A stretch of 59,919 nt of DNA, from assembly GCA_964425445.1 (NCBI GenBank), contig CAYRLY010000001.1, positions 71,537 through 131,455 of the forward strand, read 5' to 3'. The stretch is from an uncultured Candidatus Saccharibacteria bacterium. Its GTDB lineage: Bacteria > Patescibacteriota > UBA1384 > XYA2-FULL-43-10 > CAINNR01. Below the pieces are notes generated by a model. It was not told the DNA's origin. It was given only the letters and a program-made list of their open reading frames with translations, and made no database searches. Made by a program: the position numbers and the translations under genes. Positions 48,359 to 56,757 of this stretch are shown one piece after another; position 1 is the stretch's first letter, and each line of letters starts with the position of its first letter.

Positions 48359-49488
48359 AAAGCATTAGAGAGATCGATTTGACTGGGAAAAGAGTTTTTT
48401 TACGCGTTGATTGGAATGTTCCTCTTAGTCAGGATAGTATTTCGGACGATTATCGAATATCTGCTACGATTCCAACAATAAAATATTTACGTGATAATGG
48501 TTGTAGAATTATCATAGGCACTCATGTCGGGCGTCCTGACGGGGAGATAATCCCAAGTTTATCAACAAAAATTTTGGCTCAAAGGTTTTCACTGTTAGCA
48601 AAATTTCCTGTATCGGCCACCGATTATATTATTGAGTCAAATGTAAGAAAACATATTCTAAAAATGAAAAAGGGTCAAATACTGGTGCTTGGAAATTTAC
48701 GTTGGCAGCCAGAAGAGGAACACAATAATCAAGCTTTTGCTCAGATAATCTCTGGTTACGGAGAACTTTATGTTAATGATGCATTTGCGGTTTCCCATAG
48801 GGCTCACGCTTCGGTTGAAGCAATTACAAATTTTTTGCCAAGTTATCCAGGATTTTTACTTGAAAAAGAAGTAGCAATGCTTTCAGCTTTAAGCGCTAAC
48901 CCCAGACACCCTTTAGTTTTAGTTTTAGGCGGTGCAAAAATTAAAGATAAAATTGGGTTAATCAGAAAATTTGTCGATAAATCTGACAATATTATTGTTG
49001 GCGGCGCGATTGCTAATACTATCAGATATTTTTTAGGTGAGAAGGTCGGTGCTTCAATTAAGGAAACCAATTGTGAAGCAATAGTTGAAGAGATTATTGA
49101 TATTGCCAAAGATAAATTAGTTCTACCCGTCGATGATAAAAAGTATATTATGCCCGACGGACGTTTTTCAGTTTTGGATATTGGGTCTAGATCGGTAGAA
49201 AAATTTGCTCAAATTATATCAAATGCTAAAACAATTTTCTGGAATGGAAATATGGGTATGAGTGAAAAGGATGGATTTTCGGCAGGAACACTTGGAATAG
49301 CGCAATCGATCGCTAAGAATCCAAATGTTACGATCGTAGCCGGGGGAGACACGGTCGGATTTGTCAGAAAGAACAATTTGTATAATAAATACAAATTTGT
49401 TTCAACTGGCGGAGGCGCTACGATAGAATTCCTGGCTGGTAAAAAGTTGCCTGGTCTTTTGGCTTTAGGTTATTATGAAGATAGTTAA
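48355..49488 (+). CDS. pgk: Phosphoglycerate kinase
   Basis: 377 aa with RVDWNVP, HVGRP, VLGGAKIKDKI and STGGGA motifs. Confidence 0.93.
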   Translation: MKSIREIDLTGKRVFLRVDWNVPLSQDSISDDYRISATIPTIKYLRDNGCRIIIGTHVGRPDGEIIPSLSTKILAQRFSLLAKFPVSATDYIIESNVRKHILKMKKGQILVLGNLRWQPEEEHNNQAFAQIISGYGELYVNDAFAVSHRAHASVEAITNFLPSYPGFLLEKEVAMLSALSANPRHPLVLVLGGAKIKDKIGLIRKFVDKSDNIIVGGAIANTIRYFLGEKVGASIKETNCEAIVEEIIDIAKDKLVLPVDDKKYIMPDGRFSVLDIGSRSVEKFAQIISNAKTIFWNGNMGMSEKDGFSAGTLGIAQSIAKNPNVTIVAGGDTVGFVRKNNLYNKYKFVSTGGGATIEFLAGKKLPGLLALGYYEDS

Positions 49489-49511
49489 TAACTAAATATT
49501 CTAAGGAATCT

Positions 49512-50342
49512 ATGTTTATATCACTACGTGAATTGTACAAAATGGCAGAAGAAAAAAATGTTGGTATTGGCGCGTTTAATACTAATAATTTAGAAATTAC
49601 TCAAGCGATAGTATCTGCTGCCGAAGAATTGTCTTTGCCCCTTATTGTTCAAACTACTCCAGGAGCAATCGAATACGCTGGAATAAAGGAGCTATTTGGG
49701 ATAGTAAAGACTTTGATAGATGAGTCAGCTGTTCCACTGACTATTCATCTAGATCATGCCAAGGAAATTGATTTAATTAATCGATGTCTTGATATTGGCT
49801 ATAAATCGGTGATGTTTGATGGGTCAGATTTGCTATTTGAAAATAACGTATCTGAAACTAAAAAAGTCGTTGATTTAGCTCATAAATACGGTGCTTTGGT
49901 TGAAGGTGAAATCGGTGTTGTTGGCAGAAGTGAAGAAGGTAGAGAAAAAGTTTTGCAAAAATACACTGACCCTGATCAGGCGGTTAATTTTGTTAGATTA
50001 ACCGGAGTAGATGCGCTAGCTGTTTCGATTGGTAATGTACACGGTGGTCCGACGAAAGAAAAAATCGATCTTGATTTATTGAAAAAAATTGATCAAGTGG
50101 TTGATGTCCCACTAGTTCTTCATGGTGCCTCCGGTTTGGGCAGAAGCGATATTGTTCAAGCAATAAAATTTGGTATTAGAAAAATTAACATCGACACTCA
50201 AATAAAAAGATCTTTTAAAAAAGGTCTGCAGGAAAATATTGATGACCCCGATAAAGATTTGCGCGATTATCTTTCAGACGCTAGAGAAGATGCTGAAAAT
50301 ACAATAAAAAAGTATTTAAAATTATTCAATAATATCGAGTAA
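49512..50342 (+). CDS. fba: Class II fructose/tagatose-bisphosphate aldolase
   Basis: 276 aa with GAFN..N.E, LHLDHA, FDGS, GNVHG and LVLHGASG motifs. Confidence 0.88.
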   Translation: MFISLRELYKMAEEKNVGIGAFNTNNLEITQAIVSAAEELSLPLIVQTTPGAIEYAGIKELFGIVKTLIDESAVPLTIHLDHAKEIDLINRCLDIGYKSVMFDGSDLLFENNVSETKKVVDLAHKYGALVEGEIGVVGRSEEGREKVLQKYTDPDQAVNFVRLTGVDALAVSIGNVHGGPTKEKIDLDLLKKIDQVVDVPLVLHGASGLGRSDIVQAIKFGIRKINIDTQIKRSFKKGLQENIDDPDKDLRDYLSDAREDAENTIKKYLKLFNNIE

Positions 50343-50346
50343 AAGT

Positions 50347-51381
50347 ATGAAATTGTATGACATTGTGACAATAGGTGATTGCTTCGAAGATATATTTATA
50401 TTTCCAGAAGATGGAAAAATTATTGATGACAGAGTTTTTTTAGGGGGCAAGGGATTATGTTTTGGTTACGGCGATAAAGTTCCAATTGAAAATATCATTT
50501 ACCAAGTCGGTGGTTGCGCGGCAAATACAGCAGTTAACTTTTCCAAACTAAATTTAAGTGTTGGAATTATCTCTGCTGTTGGAAAAGATAGCCAGGGAGA
50601 AAAAACAATTCAGTACTTAGAAGATTCTGGTGTTGACACCAAAATGGTAAAGCAAAAAAAAGAATCTAACAGTAATATTTCAGTGATTTTAAGTTTTAAG
50701 GGCGACAGAACAATATTCACTTATCACGGAGTCAATGAGCTATCTGATTATGTCCCAACAAAAAGTCTTAACACTAAGTGGATATATCTTGGACCGTTAG
50801 CTGAAAAATCAGAAATTGTTGAAAATAGAATTATTGAAATAATTGCAAAAAAAGGCAGTGGGCTAATATGGAACCCTGGAAGCCGACAAATCAGTCGAGC
50901 TGTCAAGGAATTAATCCCGTTGTTGAAACTCTGCAACATCTTATTTGTTAATAGGGAAGAGGCATACCAGCTTTCTGATATGTCAAAGAAATCAACAATA
51001 GAAGATGTCATGAAGTTTGTTTATTCTTTGGGTACAAAAGTAATTATCGTCACTGATGGCGCAAAAGGAGCGAAAGGTTATGATGGCCAGCGCTTTTATA
51101 ATATCGCATCGTCTGGGGATAAAAGAGTGGAAGCGACTGGAGCTGGTGACGCTTTCGCTAGCACTTTCGCTGCCAATATTATCAAGAATTCACCTGGTGG
51201 CAAAAATCAGGGATTTGTGCCGGATCGAGATTTAATTGAAAAATCACTCAAATACGGAGTCATCGTTTCCGGTTCGGTTGTTGGCAGCGTTGGAGCTCAA
51301 ACTGGTTTGTTAAGTTCCGCGGAAATTATCGAAAAAGATAAAAAATTGGTAAAAATTGAAGCATCAATATATACTAAATAG
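50347..51381 (+). CDS. PfkB-family carbohydrate kinase
   Basis: GGCAANTAV near the N-terminus and the C-terminal GAGDAFAS anion-hole motif. Substrate not assignable from sequence. Confidence 0.75.
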   Translation: MKLYDIVTIGDCFEDIFIFPEDGKIIDDRVFLGGKGLCFGYGDKVPIENIIYQVGGCAANTAVNFSKLNLSVGIISAVGKDSQGEKTIQYLEDSGVDTKMVKQKKESNSNISVILSFKGDRTIFTYHGVNELSDYVPTKSLNTKWIYLGPLAEKSEIVENRIIEIIAKKGSGLIWNPGSRQISRAVKELIPLLKLCNILFVNREEAYQLSDMSKKSTIEDVMKFVYSLGTKVIIVTDGAKGAKGYDGQRFYNIASSGDKRVEATGAGDAFASTFAANIIKNSPGGKNQGFVPDRDLIEKSLKYGVIVSGSVVGSVGAQTGLLSSAEIIEKDKKLVKIEASIYTK

Positions 51382-51425
51382 TAAATAAAAACAAAAAGAG
51401 TATGCTTTAAACTCTTTTTTATTTT

Positions 51426-51818
51426 ATGAAAAGACATCTTGCAATTTTTATCGGATCAGCGATAGATGACATTATTTCTGGAAAAAAAACGATCGAAAGC
51501 CGCTTTAGCCTCGGGCGAGTTTTGCCGTACGGACAAATTTCCAAAGATGATGAGATTCTGTTGAAAAAATCTGGCGGTGACGTAATTGGTAGAGTGATAG
51601 CCGATAATGTTTTATATTACGACAATTTAACTCCGGAGTCGATCGCAATTTTGCGTAAAGAATACAGCAAAGAATTATGTGTCGATGATGATTTTTGGCA
51701 AAGAAAATCAAGCAGCCGTTTCGGAACCCTGATATTTTTAAAAGCTCCTGAAAGATTTTTAGTTCCAATTAAAATTAATAAAAAAGATCGTCGTCCTTGG
51801 ATAGTTTTGGAGAAATGA
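51426..51818 (+). CDS. ASCH/PUA-like domain protein
   Basis: 130 aa. The pattern ...ISGKKTIESRF...DEILLKKSGGDVIGR... resembles ASCH domains. Assigned by eye. Confidence 0.5.
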   Translation: MKRHLAIFIGSAIDDIISGKKTIESRFSLGRVLPYGQISKDDEILLKKSGGDVIGRVIADNVLYYDNLTPESIAILRKEYSKELCVDDDFWQRKSSSRFGTLIFLKAPERFLVPIKINKKDRRPWIVLEK

Positions 51819-51823
51819 AAAGG

Positions 51824-51844
51824 CCGTGAACTGGTCGTTCACGG
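51824..51844. terminator. Hairpin shared by the convergent genes
   Basis: CCGTGAAC-TGGTC-GTTCACGG has an 8-bp stem. It contains the stop codon of the minus-strand mini-gene. Confidence 0.55.
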
Positions 51845-52081
51845 TCGGGACCGGTAGCCGAAGACCCTGGGGTCGCGGCTAATGTGTATGTTGGTGATGT
51901 CGTTGACGGACAGCTCCTCGAAGTTGTCGGCACCGTCGGTGATGACAACGCTATGATCGCCGTTGTAACTGGCGATGTAGCAGGGAATCCGCCGTCCGTC
52001 CTCAGTGAACACCACCGTCTGCTCGTTGCCGGCTGTCGCCACCTCTCGGCAGATGTACTCTTCTGACGCCCGGAACTTCAT
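51839..52081 (-). CDS. GC-rich orphan mini-protein (80 aa)
   Basis: ATG 52081 lies 9 nt after GGAGGTG (rc of 52091-97). Sequence: MKFRASEEYICREVATAGNEQTVVFTEDGRRIPCYIASYNGDHSVVITDG... One 60-nt line hand-counted at 36/60 G+C, against about 35% in the adjacent line. Confidence 0.5.
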   Translation of the reverse strand: MKFRASEEYICREVATAGNEQTVVFTEDGRRIPCYIASYNGDHSVVITDGADNFEELSVNDITNIHISRDPRVFGYRSRP

Positions 52082-52109
52082 GGTGGCATTCACCTCCATC
52101 GTAATCACT

Positions 52110-52156
52110 ATCGTATAATATCGTATATCGTATAAAATTGTATGTCAATATTGACA
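52110..52156. promoter_or_regulatory. Divergent promoter/operator region: three ATCGTATA repeats plus a 14-bp palindrome carrying back-to-back -35 boxes
   Basis: ATCGTATA occurs at 52110, 52120 and 52127. TGTCAATATTGACA (52143-52156) is a perfect palindrome that reads TTGACA on both strands. Confidence 0.45.
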
Positions 52157-52218
52157 GCATGTGAATAAATTTGATTTAATATTTTTGTTAGCCCTGAATT
52201 ATAAAAATTAGGAGTTTT

Positions 52219-53067
52219 ATGGCTCAAGAAAGAGAAAAATTAACTGTTACGATTAAAAAAGAGCTCTTCAAAAAAATCGATGAAGTTGTCGACGGCAAAA
52301 AAATTAGAAATAGATCTCATGCAGCAGAATATCTAATTGAGGCCGGTCTGGGAATAGGAAAAATTAAAAAAGCCATTCTTCTTGTTGGTGGCGAGGGTAC
52401 CCGCCTGCGACCATTCACGTTAGAGCTTCCTAAGGCGATGCTCCCGATTCATGATAAGCCGATGGTTTTACATGTTTTGGAGCAACTAAAATCACATGGC
52501 GTAAATGATATTGTCATGGCGATCGGTTATAAGGGAGAAAAAATTAAAAATTATTTTGGAGATGGCCATAATTTTGGCCTTTCTATAAAGTATGTTGAAG
52601 AGAAAAAACCACTTGGTACTGCCGGACCGCTCCGTTTGGCTAAAAAGTATTTAAAAGAACCTTTTTTTATTGTTTGGGGTGACATTTTATCTCATCTTGA
52701 TTTAAGTGATTTCATGAATTTTCACAAAGAGCACGGTGGGTTAGCGACAGTTGCCCTAACGACCGTTTCTGACCCATCACGCTACGGAGTGGCAATGCTC
52801 AAAGGTAACAAAATCATCGGTTTTGTAGAAAAACCGGAAAAAGGAAAAGCTCCAAGCAATTTGATAAATTCCGGTATGGCGATAATGGAGCCGGAGGTAA
52901 TTGGTGGGTACGTACCGAAAAAAGGTAAGGCGATGGTAGAGTATGACATTTATCCTAAGTTAGCGCTCGAAGGTAAACTTTTTGGCTATCCTTTCCAAGG
53001 GCAATGGTTTGATACTGGGACTCATGAGGCATATGAAAAAGCAATAAAAGAGTGGAAAAGCAAATAA
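52219..53067 (+). CDS. Sugar-phosphate nucleotidyltransferase with an N-terminal ribbon-helix-helix (CopG-like) extension
   Basis: Residues ~6-45, KLTVTIKKELFKKIDEVVDG...NRSHAAEYLIEAGL, form an RHH pattern. The NTP-transferase core follows (LLVGGEGTRLRPFT...KAMLPI..., GTAGPL). Confidence 0.8.
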   Translation: MAQEREKLTVTIKKELFKKIDEVVDGKKIRNRSHAAEYLIEAGLGIGKIKKAILLVGGEGTRLRPFTLELPKAMLPIHDKPMVLHVLEQLKSHGVNDIVMAIGYKGEKIKNYFGDGHNFGLSIKYVEEKKPLGTAGPLRLAKKYLKEPFFIVWGDILSHLDLSDFMNFHKEHGGLATVALTTVSDPSRYGVAMLKGNKIIGFVEKPEKGKAPSNLINSGMAIMEPEVIGGYVPKKGKAMVEYDIYPKLALEGKLFGYPFQGQWFDTGTHEAYEKAIKEWKSK

Positions 53068-53092
53068 AGTTTTAAAAAAATTAGTTCTTAAG

Positions 53093-53120
53093 AAAAATGC
53101 CTGTTTCTCAGGCATTTTTC
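53093..53120 (+). terminator. Intrinsic terminator
   Basis: AAAAATGCCTG-TTTCT-CAGGCATTTTT, a hairpin with a T-run. Confidence 0.75.
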
Positions 53121-53190
53121 TATTGACATAAGTTAAATAAAATGTAATAATTTGTTTGTTACTTGAATACAGAATTAAGGAGGTTTTTGC

Positions 53191-53334
53191 GTGTGCACTG
53201 AATATGATGGTCCCTTTGGGGCCGAGATCACTGACGTGCCTCCTGTTGAGTTGCCTCCCATACGGGAGATGACACCACAGGAGTGGGGGGAGTACTGCCG
53301 GCTCATGAATGAGCTAGTCGAGGCTGGCGGCTAA
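53191..53334 (+). CDS. GC-rich orphan mini-protein (47 aa)
   Basis: TATTGACA promoter-like box at 53121-28. AAGGAGG (53177-83) lies 7 nt before the GTG. Sequence: (M)CTEYDGPFGAEITDVPPVELPPIREMTPQEWGEYCRLMNELVEAGG. Below the ORF-track length cut-off. Confidence 0.4.
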   Translation: MCTEYDGPFGAEITDVPPVELPPIREMTPQEWGEYCRLMNELVEAGG

Positions 53335-53357
53335 AGCCGCCAGCGACATGAAACACA

Positions 53358-53384
53358 ACGCCCCGCATCCGCTGGGCGTTTTTC
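53358..53384 (+). terminator. Intrinsic terminator after the mini-ORF
   Basis: ACGCCC...GGGCGT stem followed by TTTTT. Confidence 0.65.
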
Positions 53385-53477
53385 TATTTTTGTTTAATTC
53401 AATATTTTAGTCGTCATAATTGATATCTCTCTCTGATTTTGTTAGAATTACTTTCAAGTCATTAATTTGGAGACGAA

Positions 53478-54677
53478 ATGGAAATTAGCTCTACTAAACT
53501 AGAAAAATCAAAATATAAAATCAAAGTAAAAGTAGAAACCAAAGAGCTGCTTGATTATTTTAAAAAACAATATGAAAAATTATCTCCGGAAGTTAAGATC
53601 TCTGGGTTCCGGCCTGGTAAAGCGCCGCGTAAGTTGATCGAGGAGTCTATCGGTCAAGCCAGACTTTTGTCAGAATCTGTAGATTTTGCAATTCAGAATT
53701 CTTATGTCGAGGCGATAAAACAAGAAAAATTAGTCCCGGTTTGTGCTCCCAAGATTGCAATTTCGAGTTATCCAACTTGGGGCCTGGAAGAATCAGAGAT
53801 CAAAGATCCTCTAGAATATGAGGCAGAATTTGAAGTGATGCCGAAAGTTGAACTTAAGGATTATTCAAAAATCAAAATCAAGAAAAGAGAAATTAAAAAA
53901 GTTGAAGATTCAGATATTGAAAAGGTTTTAACTCATCTACGGCGACAGAAGGCAACTTTTTCTGAAATTACAAGAAGTGCAAAAAAGGGCGACAGGGTAG
54001 AGATCTCCTATGAAGGATCAATTAAAGGTGTGAAAAAAGATGCGATGACAGCTAAAAATCACCCATTGGTTTTAGGTGATGAAACACTAATACCTGGTTT
54101 TGAAGATCAGGTTGTTGGTATGAAAAAAGGGGAAAAAAAGAAATTTGACATTACTTTTCCGACTGATTATCGTGCCAAGGATTTTGCCGGCAAAAAAGCG
54201 GACTTTGAAATTGAACTGGTTGATATTAAAGAAATGAATCTCCCGGAGCTTGATGAAAAATTTGCCGAGAGTTTCGGCCACAATAAAATTACCGAGCTAA
54301 AAGAGGCGATAAAAAAGAGCCTACACACTGAGCTGGAGCAAAAAATAAATTCTGAAATTGAAAATGAGTTGATTGAAAAAATGCTCCCCCTGCTCAAAGT
54401 TGATGTTCCTGAAAGTTTAACTGAACAAGAAATCGACAGAACAACTGCTGGGATGGAGGAGCAAATAAAATCTCGGGGTTTATCTTTTGACAAATATTTG
54501 GAGAGCATAAAAAAGACCAGAGAGGATTTTCGTAAAGAGATCAGGCCAACCGCTGAGAGAAACGTTCGCATCGGTTTTTTGCTCGGCAAGATTATCGAAG
54601 AACAAAAAATTGATCATACAAATCCACAAGCGGGCCGGCTTGCTCTCGACCATTTGAAAAGTAAATTAATTAAATAA
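53478..54677 (+). CDS. tig: Trigger factor
   Basis: 399 aa with the N-terminal ribosome-binding motif GFRPGKAPRKLIE, a central FKBP-like domain and a C-terminal helical arm. Confidence 0.9.
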   Translation: MEISSTKLEKSKYKIKVKVETKELLDYFKKQYEKLSPEVKISGFRPGKAPRKLIEESIGQARLLSESVDFAIQNSYVEAIKQEKLVPVCAPKIAISSYPTWGLEESEIKDPLEYEAEFEVMPKVELKDYSKIKIKKREIKKVEDSDIEKVLTHLRRQKATFSEITRSAKKGDRVEISYEGSIKGVKKDAMTAKNHPLVLGDETLIPGFEDQVVGMKKGEKKKFDITFPTDYRAKDFAGKKADFEIELVDIKEMNLPELDEKFAESFGHNKITELKEAIKKSLHTELEQKINSEIENELIEKMLPLLKVDVPESLTEQEIDRTTAGMEEQIKSRGLSFDKYLESIKKTREDFRKEIRPTAERNVRIGFLLGKIIEEQKIDHTNPQAGRLALDHLKSKLIK

Positions 54678-54687
54678 GCGGGGTAGA

Positions 54688-55911
54688 GTGGGGAGCACAT
54701 TCCTTTGGTTTTTTAGACATAAGGATTTCTCAAAGTTGTGGTTGTCGCAGATTTCTTCTCAAGTAGCGGCAAACATGTTAACTTTCGCTTTGATTTTGCA
54801 TATTTACGATCTAACAAAAAGTCTAACGACCATCTCGCTTGTGATGATCGCTTCTGCCATCCCCTCTGTAATTCTGGGACCTTTCTCTGGCGTTGTCACG
54901 GATAAATTTCGCTACAAAAATGTCTTAATTTATACCTTGCTTTTAAGATTTTTTGTTGTTCTGCTTCTGATACCAGCAGCTCATAATACTTTGGCAATTT
55001 TGGAGATTATTTTTATTATGTCAGCAATCGGCCAATTTTTTGCACCGGCGGAGCTTTCGACTATTCCTTTGATTATTCCAAAAGAGCGCTTGGTTGGAGC
55101 AAATTCAATATATATGACAACAATGTACGGGGCGCTGATTGTTGGCTACGGGCTTGCTGGTCCGCTGCAAGTAATTCTTGGCTCGAAAGTGCTTTTTTTG
55201 TTGATTGCTTTTCTTTTTGCTCTGGCGGCAATCTCTGTTTTTTCAATGTCAAATTTTGATAAAAAAATCGTTTCTCAGATAGATATATTAAAAGTTGCTA
55301 CTGGAATAAAAAATGTTTGGGCAGCAACTAAAATTGGTATTAACTATATTACAAAAACCAAAGGCGTGGTTTTGCCAATGATAAAATTAGCCGCTGGCTG
55401 GGCGATGCTTGGCGCATTTATTGTTGTTATGCCCGGTTTTGCCGAGGATTCTCTCGGAGTTTCGGCAAAACTAGCTGGCCCATTACTCATTGTACCGGCT
55501 GGTTTTGGGATGTTGATCTCGGCCTACTATCTAAATAAATATAAAAATATTAATAAGAGCGCGACAATAAACAGTAGCTTTGTAATTTCTGGCATCTCTC
55601 TTTTAGTTTTGTCGATTTATTCATATATTGGTTTCTCGACTGTGTTAATACTGGTTGCGATATCCCTCATGATTATTATGGGTTTCTCTGCTGCCAACGT
55701 TTATATCTCTTCGCAAACTATACTCCATATAAATACCGAAAGTGATATGCGTGGTCGAGTTTTCGGCGTTTCTTCGATGCTGATTAATTTAGCACTCTCG
55801 CTACCTGCTCTTTTTGTCGGTGGAATCGCTGATCTAACTTCGCCGGTTTTTACAATGATTTTGGTCTCGGTAGTTGTGATAATTTATGGATCTTCTTTGT
55901 TCTTTGAGTAG
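54688..55911 (+). CDS. MFS transporter
   Basis: 407 aa with about 12 hydrophobic segments. GTG start. Confidence 0.78.
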   Translation: MGSTFLWFFRHKDFSKLWLSQISSQVAANMLTFALILHIYDLTKSLTTISLVMIASAIPSVILGPFSGVVTDKFRYKNVLIYTLLLRFFVVLLLIPAAHNTLAILEIIFIMSAIGQFFAPAELSTIPLIIPKERLVGANSIYMTTMYGALIVGYGLAGPLQVILGSKVLFLLIAFLFALAAISVFSMSNFDKKIVSQIDILKVATGIKNVWAATKIGINYITKTKGVVLPMIKLAAGWAMLGAFIVVMPGFAEDSLGVSAKLAGPLLIVPAGFGMLISAYYLNKYKNINKSATINSSFVISGISLLVLSIYSYIGFSTVLILVAISLMIIMGFSAANVYISSQTILHINTESDMRGRVFGVSSMLINLALSLPALFVGGIADLTSPVFTMILVSVVVIIYGSSLFFE

Positions 55912-55913
55912 GG

Positions 55914-55942
55914 TTTACAAAATCTTATAAAAATGTTATTTT
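55914..55942 (+). promoter_or_regulatory. Promoter-like element upstream of the GC-rich RNA candidate
   Basis: TTTACA-N17-TATTTT. The predicted start falls at about 55948, at the 5' arm of the closing stem. Confidence 0.35.
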
Positions 55943-55944
55943 AG

Positions 55945-56110
55945 GCTTGCGTTACGGGCTGGTATGTAAGGCGCCAAAACCAGATCGCGTCTGCTTTCTA
56001 GCAGGGGAGATTCGGTGCTCCCAGCGATGTGTGCCCCGGATCACCTTCCCCGTGAGGCTCACCGTAGCGTGACGGCCGGCGGCTCCGCCTTTCCGGGCGG
56101 AGCCGCCCAA
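55945..56110 (+). ncRNA. Candidate structured small RNA of unknown class
   Basis: GC-rich 165 nt with no SD-led ORF. Nested helices are 55950-57/56062-69, 55959-63/55979-83, 55984-88/56024-28, 55991-95/56000-04 and 56005-09/56018-22. There is also a 12-bp terminal hairpin, 56078-89/56096-107. Confidence 0.35.
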
Positions 56111-56136
56111 CTATTTAAAAAGTTTAAGGAGTTTGG

Positions 56137-56721
56137 ATGACATATTTAGTACCAACAGTAATTGAAAAATCTGATTTTGGTGAACGAGCTTATGACATTT
56201 ATTCGAGACTATTAAAAGATCGAATTATTTTCCTTGGTGGCCCGATTGATGATGCAGTTGCCAACACAGTCGTTGCCCAACTTCTGTTTCTCGAATCAGA
56301 GGACAAGGATAAAGATATTGAAATGTATATCAACTCTCCGGGTGGTTCAGTGACGGCAACTTTGGCGATAATTGATACGATGCACTATATAAAGCCTGAT
56401 GTTTCAACACTTTGTGTCGGCCTTGCCGCCTCAGGCGGTGCTTGGGTGCTTTCTTCCGGTGCAAAGGGTAAGAGATTTTCTTTACCAAATTCTGACATGA
56501 TGATTCACCAACCGCTTGGCGGTACTGAAGGTCAGGCCTCTGACATTGCTATCACTGCTGAGCACATAATCAAAACCAAGAAAAATTTGATTAAAATCAT
56601 GGCGAAAAATACTGGTCAACCAGAGAGTCGAATCGAAAAAGACTTGGATCGAGATTTCTACATGTCAGCTGATGAGGCGAAAAAATATGGGCTGATCGAC
56701 AAAGTGGTTAATAAGCGCTAA
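56137..56721 (+). CDS. clpP: ATP-dependent Clp protease proteolytic subunit
   Basis: 194 aa with YINSPGGSV, the GLAAS(G)G catalytic Ser region and MIHQP. AAGGAG lies upstream. Confidence 0.95.
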   Translation: MTYLVPTVIEKSDFGERAYDIYSRLLKDRIIFLGGPIDDAVANTVVAQLLFLESEDKDKDIEMYINSPGGSVTATLAIIDTMHYIKPDVSTLCVGLAASGGAWVLSSGAKGKRFSLPNSDMMIHQPLGGTEGQASDIAITAEHIIKTKKNLIKIMAKNTGQPESRIEKDLDRDFYMSADEAKKYGLIDKVVNKR

Positions 56722-56757
56722 TTCATATTCGCGTGCCAAGGTGTTAAAATATAGGTA

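Noticed and set aside
55945-56110. SRP (4.5S) RNA, tRNA, tmRNA or RNase P RNA identity for the GC-rich intergenic RNA candidate
   Set aside because: GUGUGCCCCGGAU loosely resembles E. coli 4.5S GUGUGCCGGGAU. However, the obligatory GNRA-capped helix with the AGG/AGCA symmetric loop is absent on both strands, and the fold is multi-branched rather than one long hairpin. There is no GGTTCGA-type T-loop and no GAGGAAAGTCC (RNase P) block, and it is too short for tmRNA.
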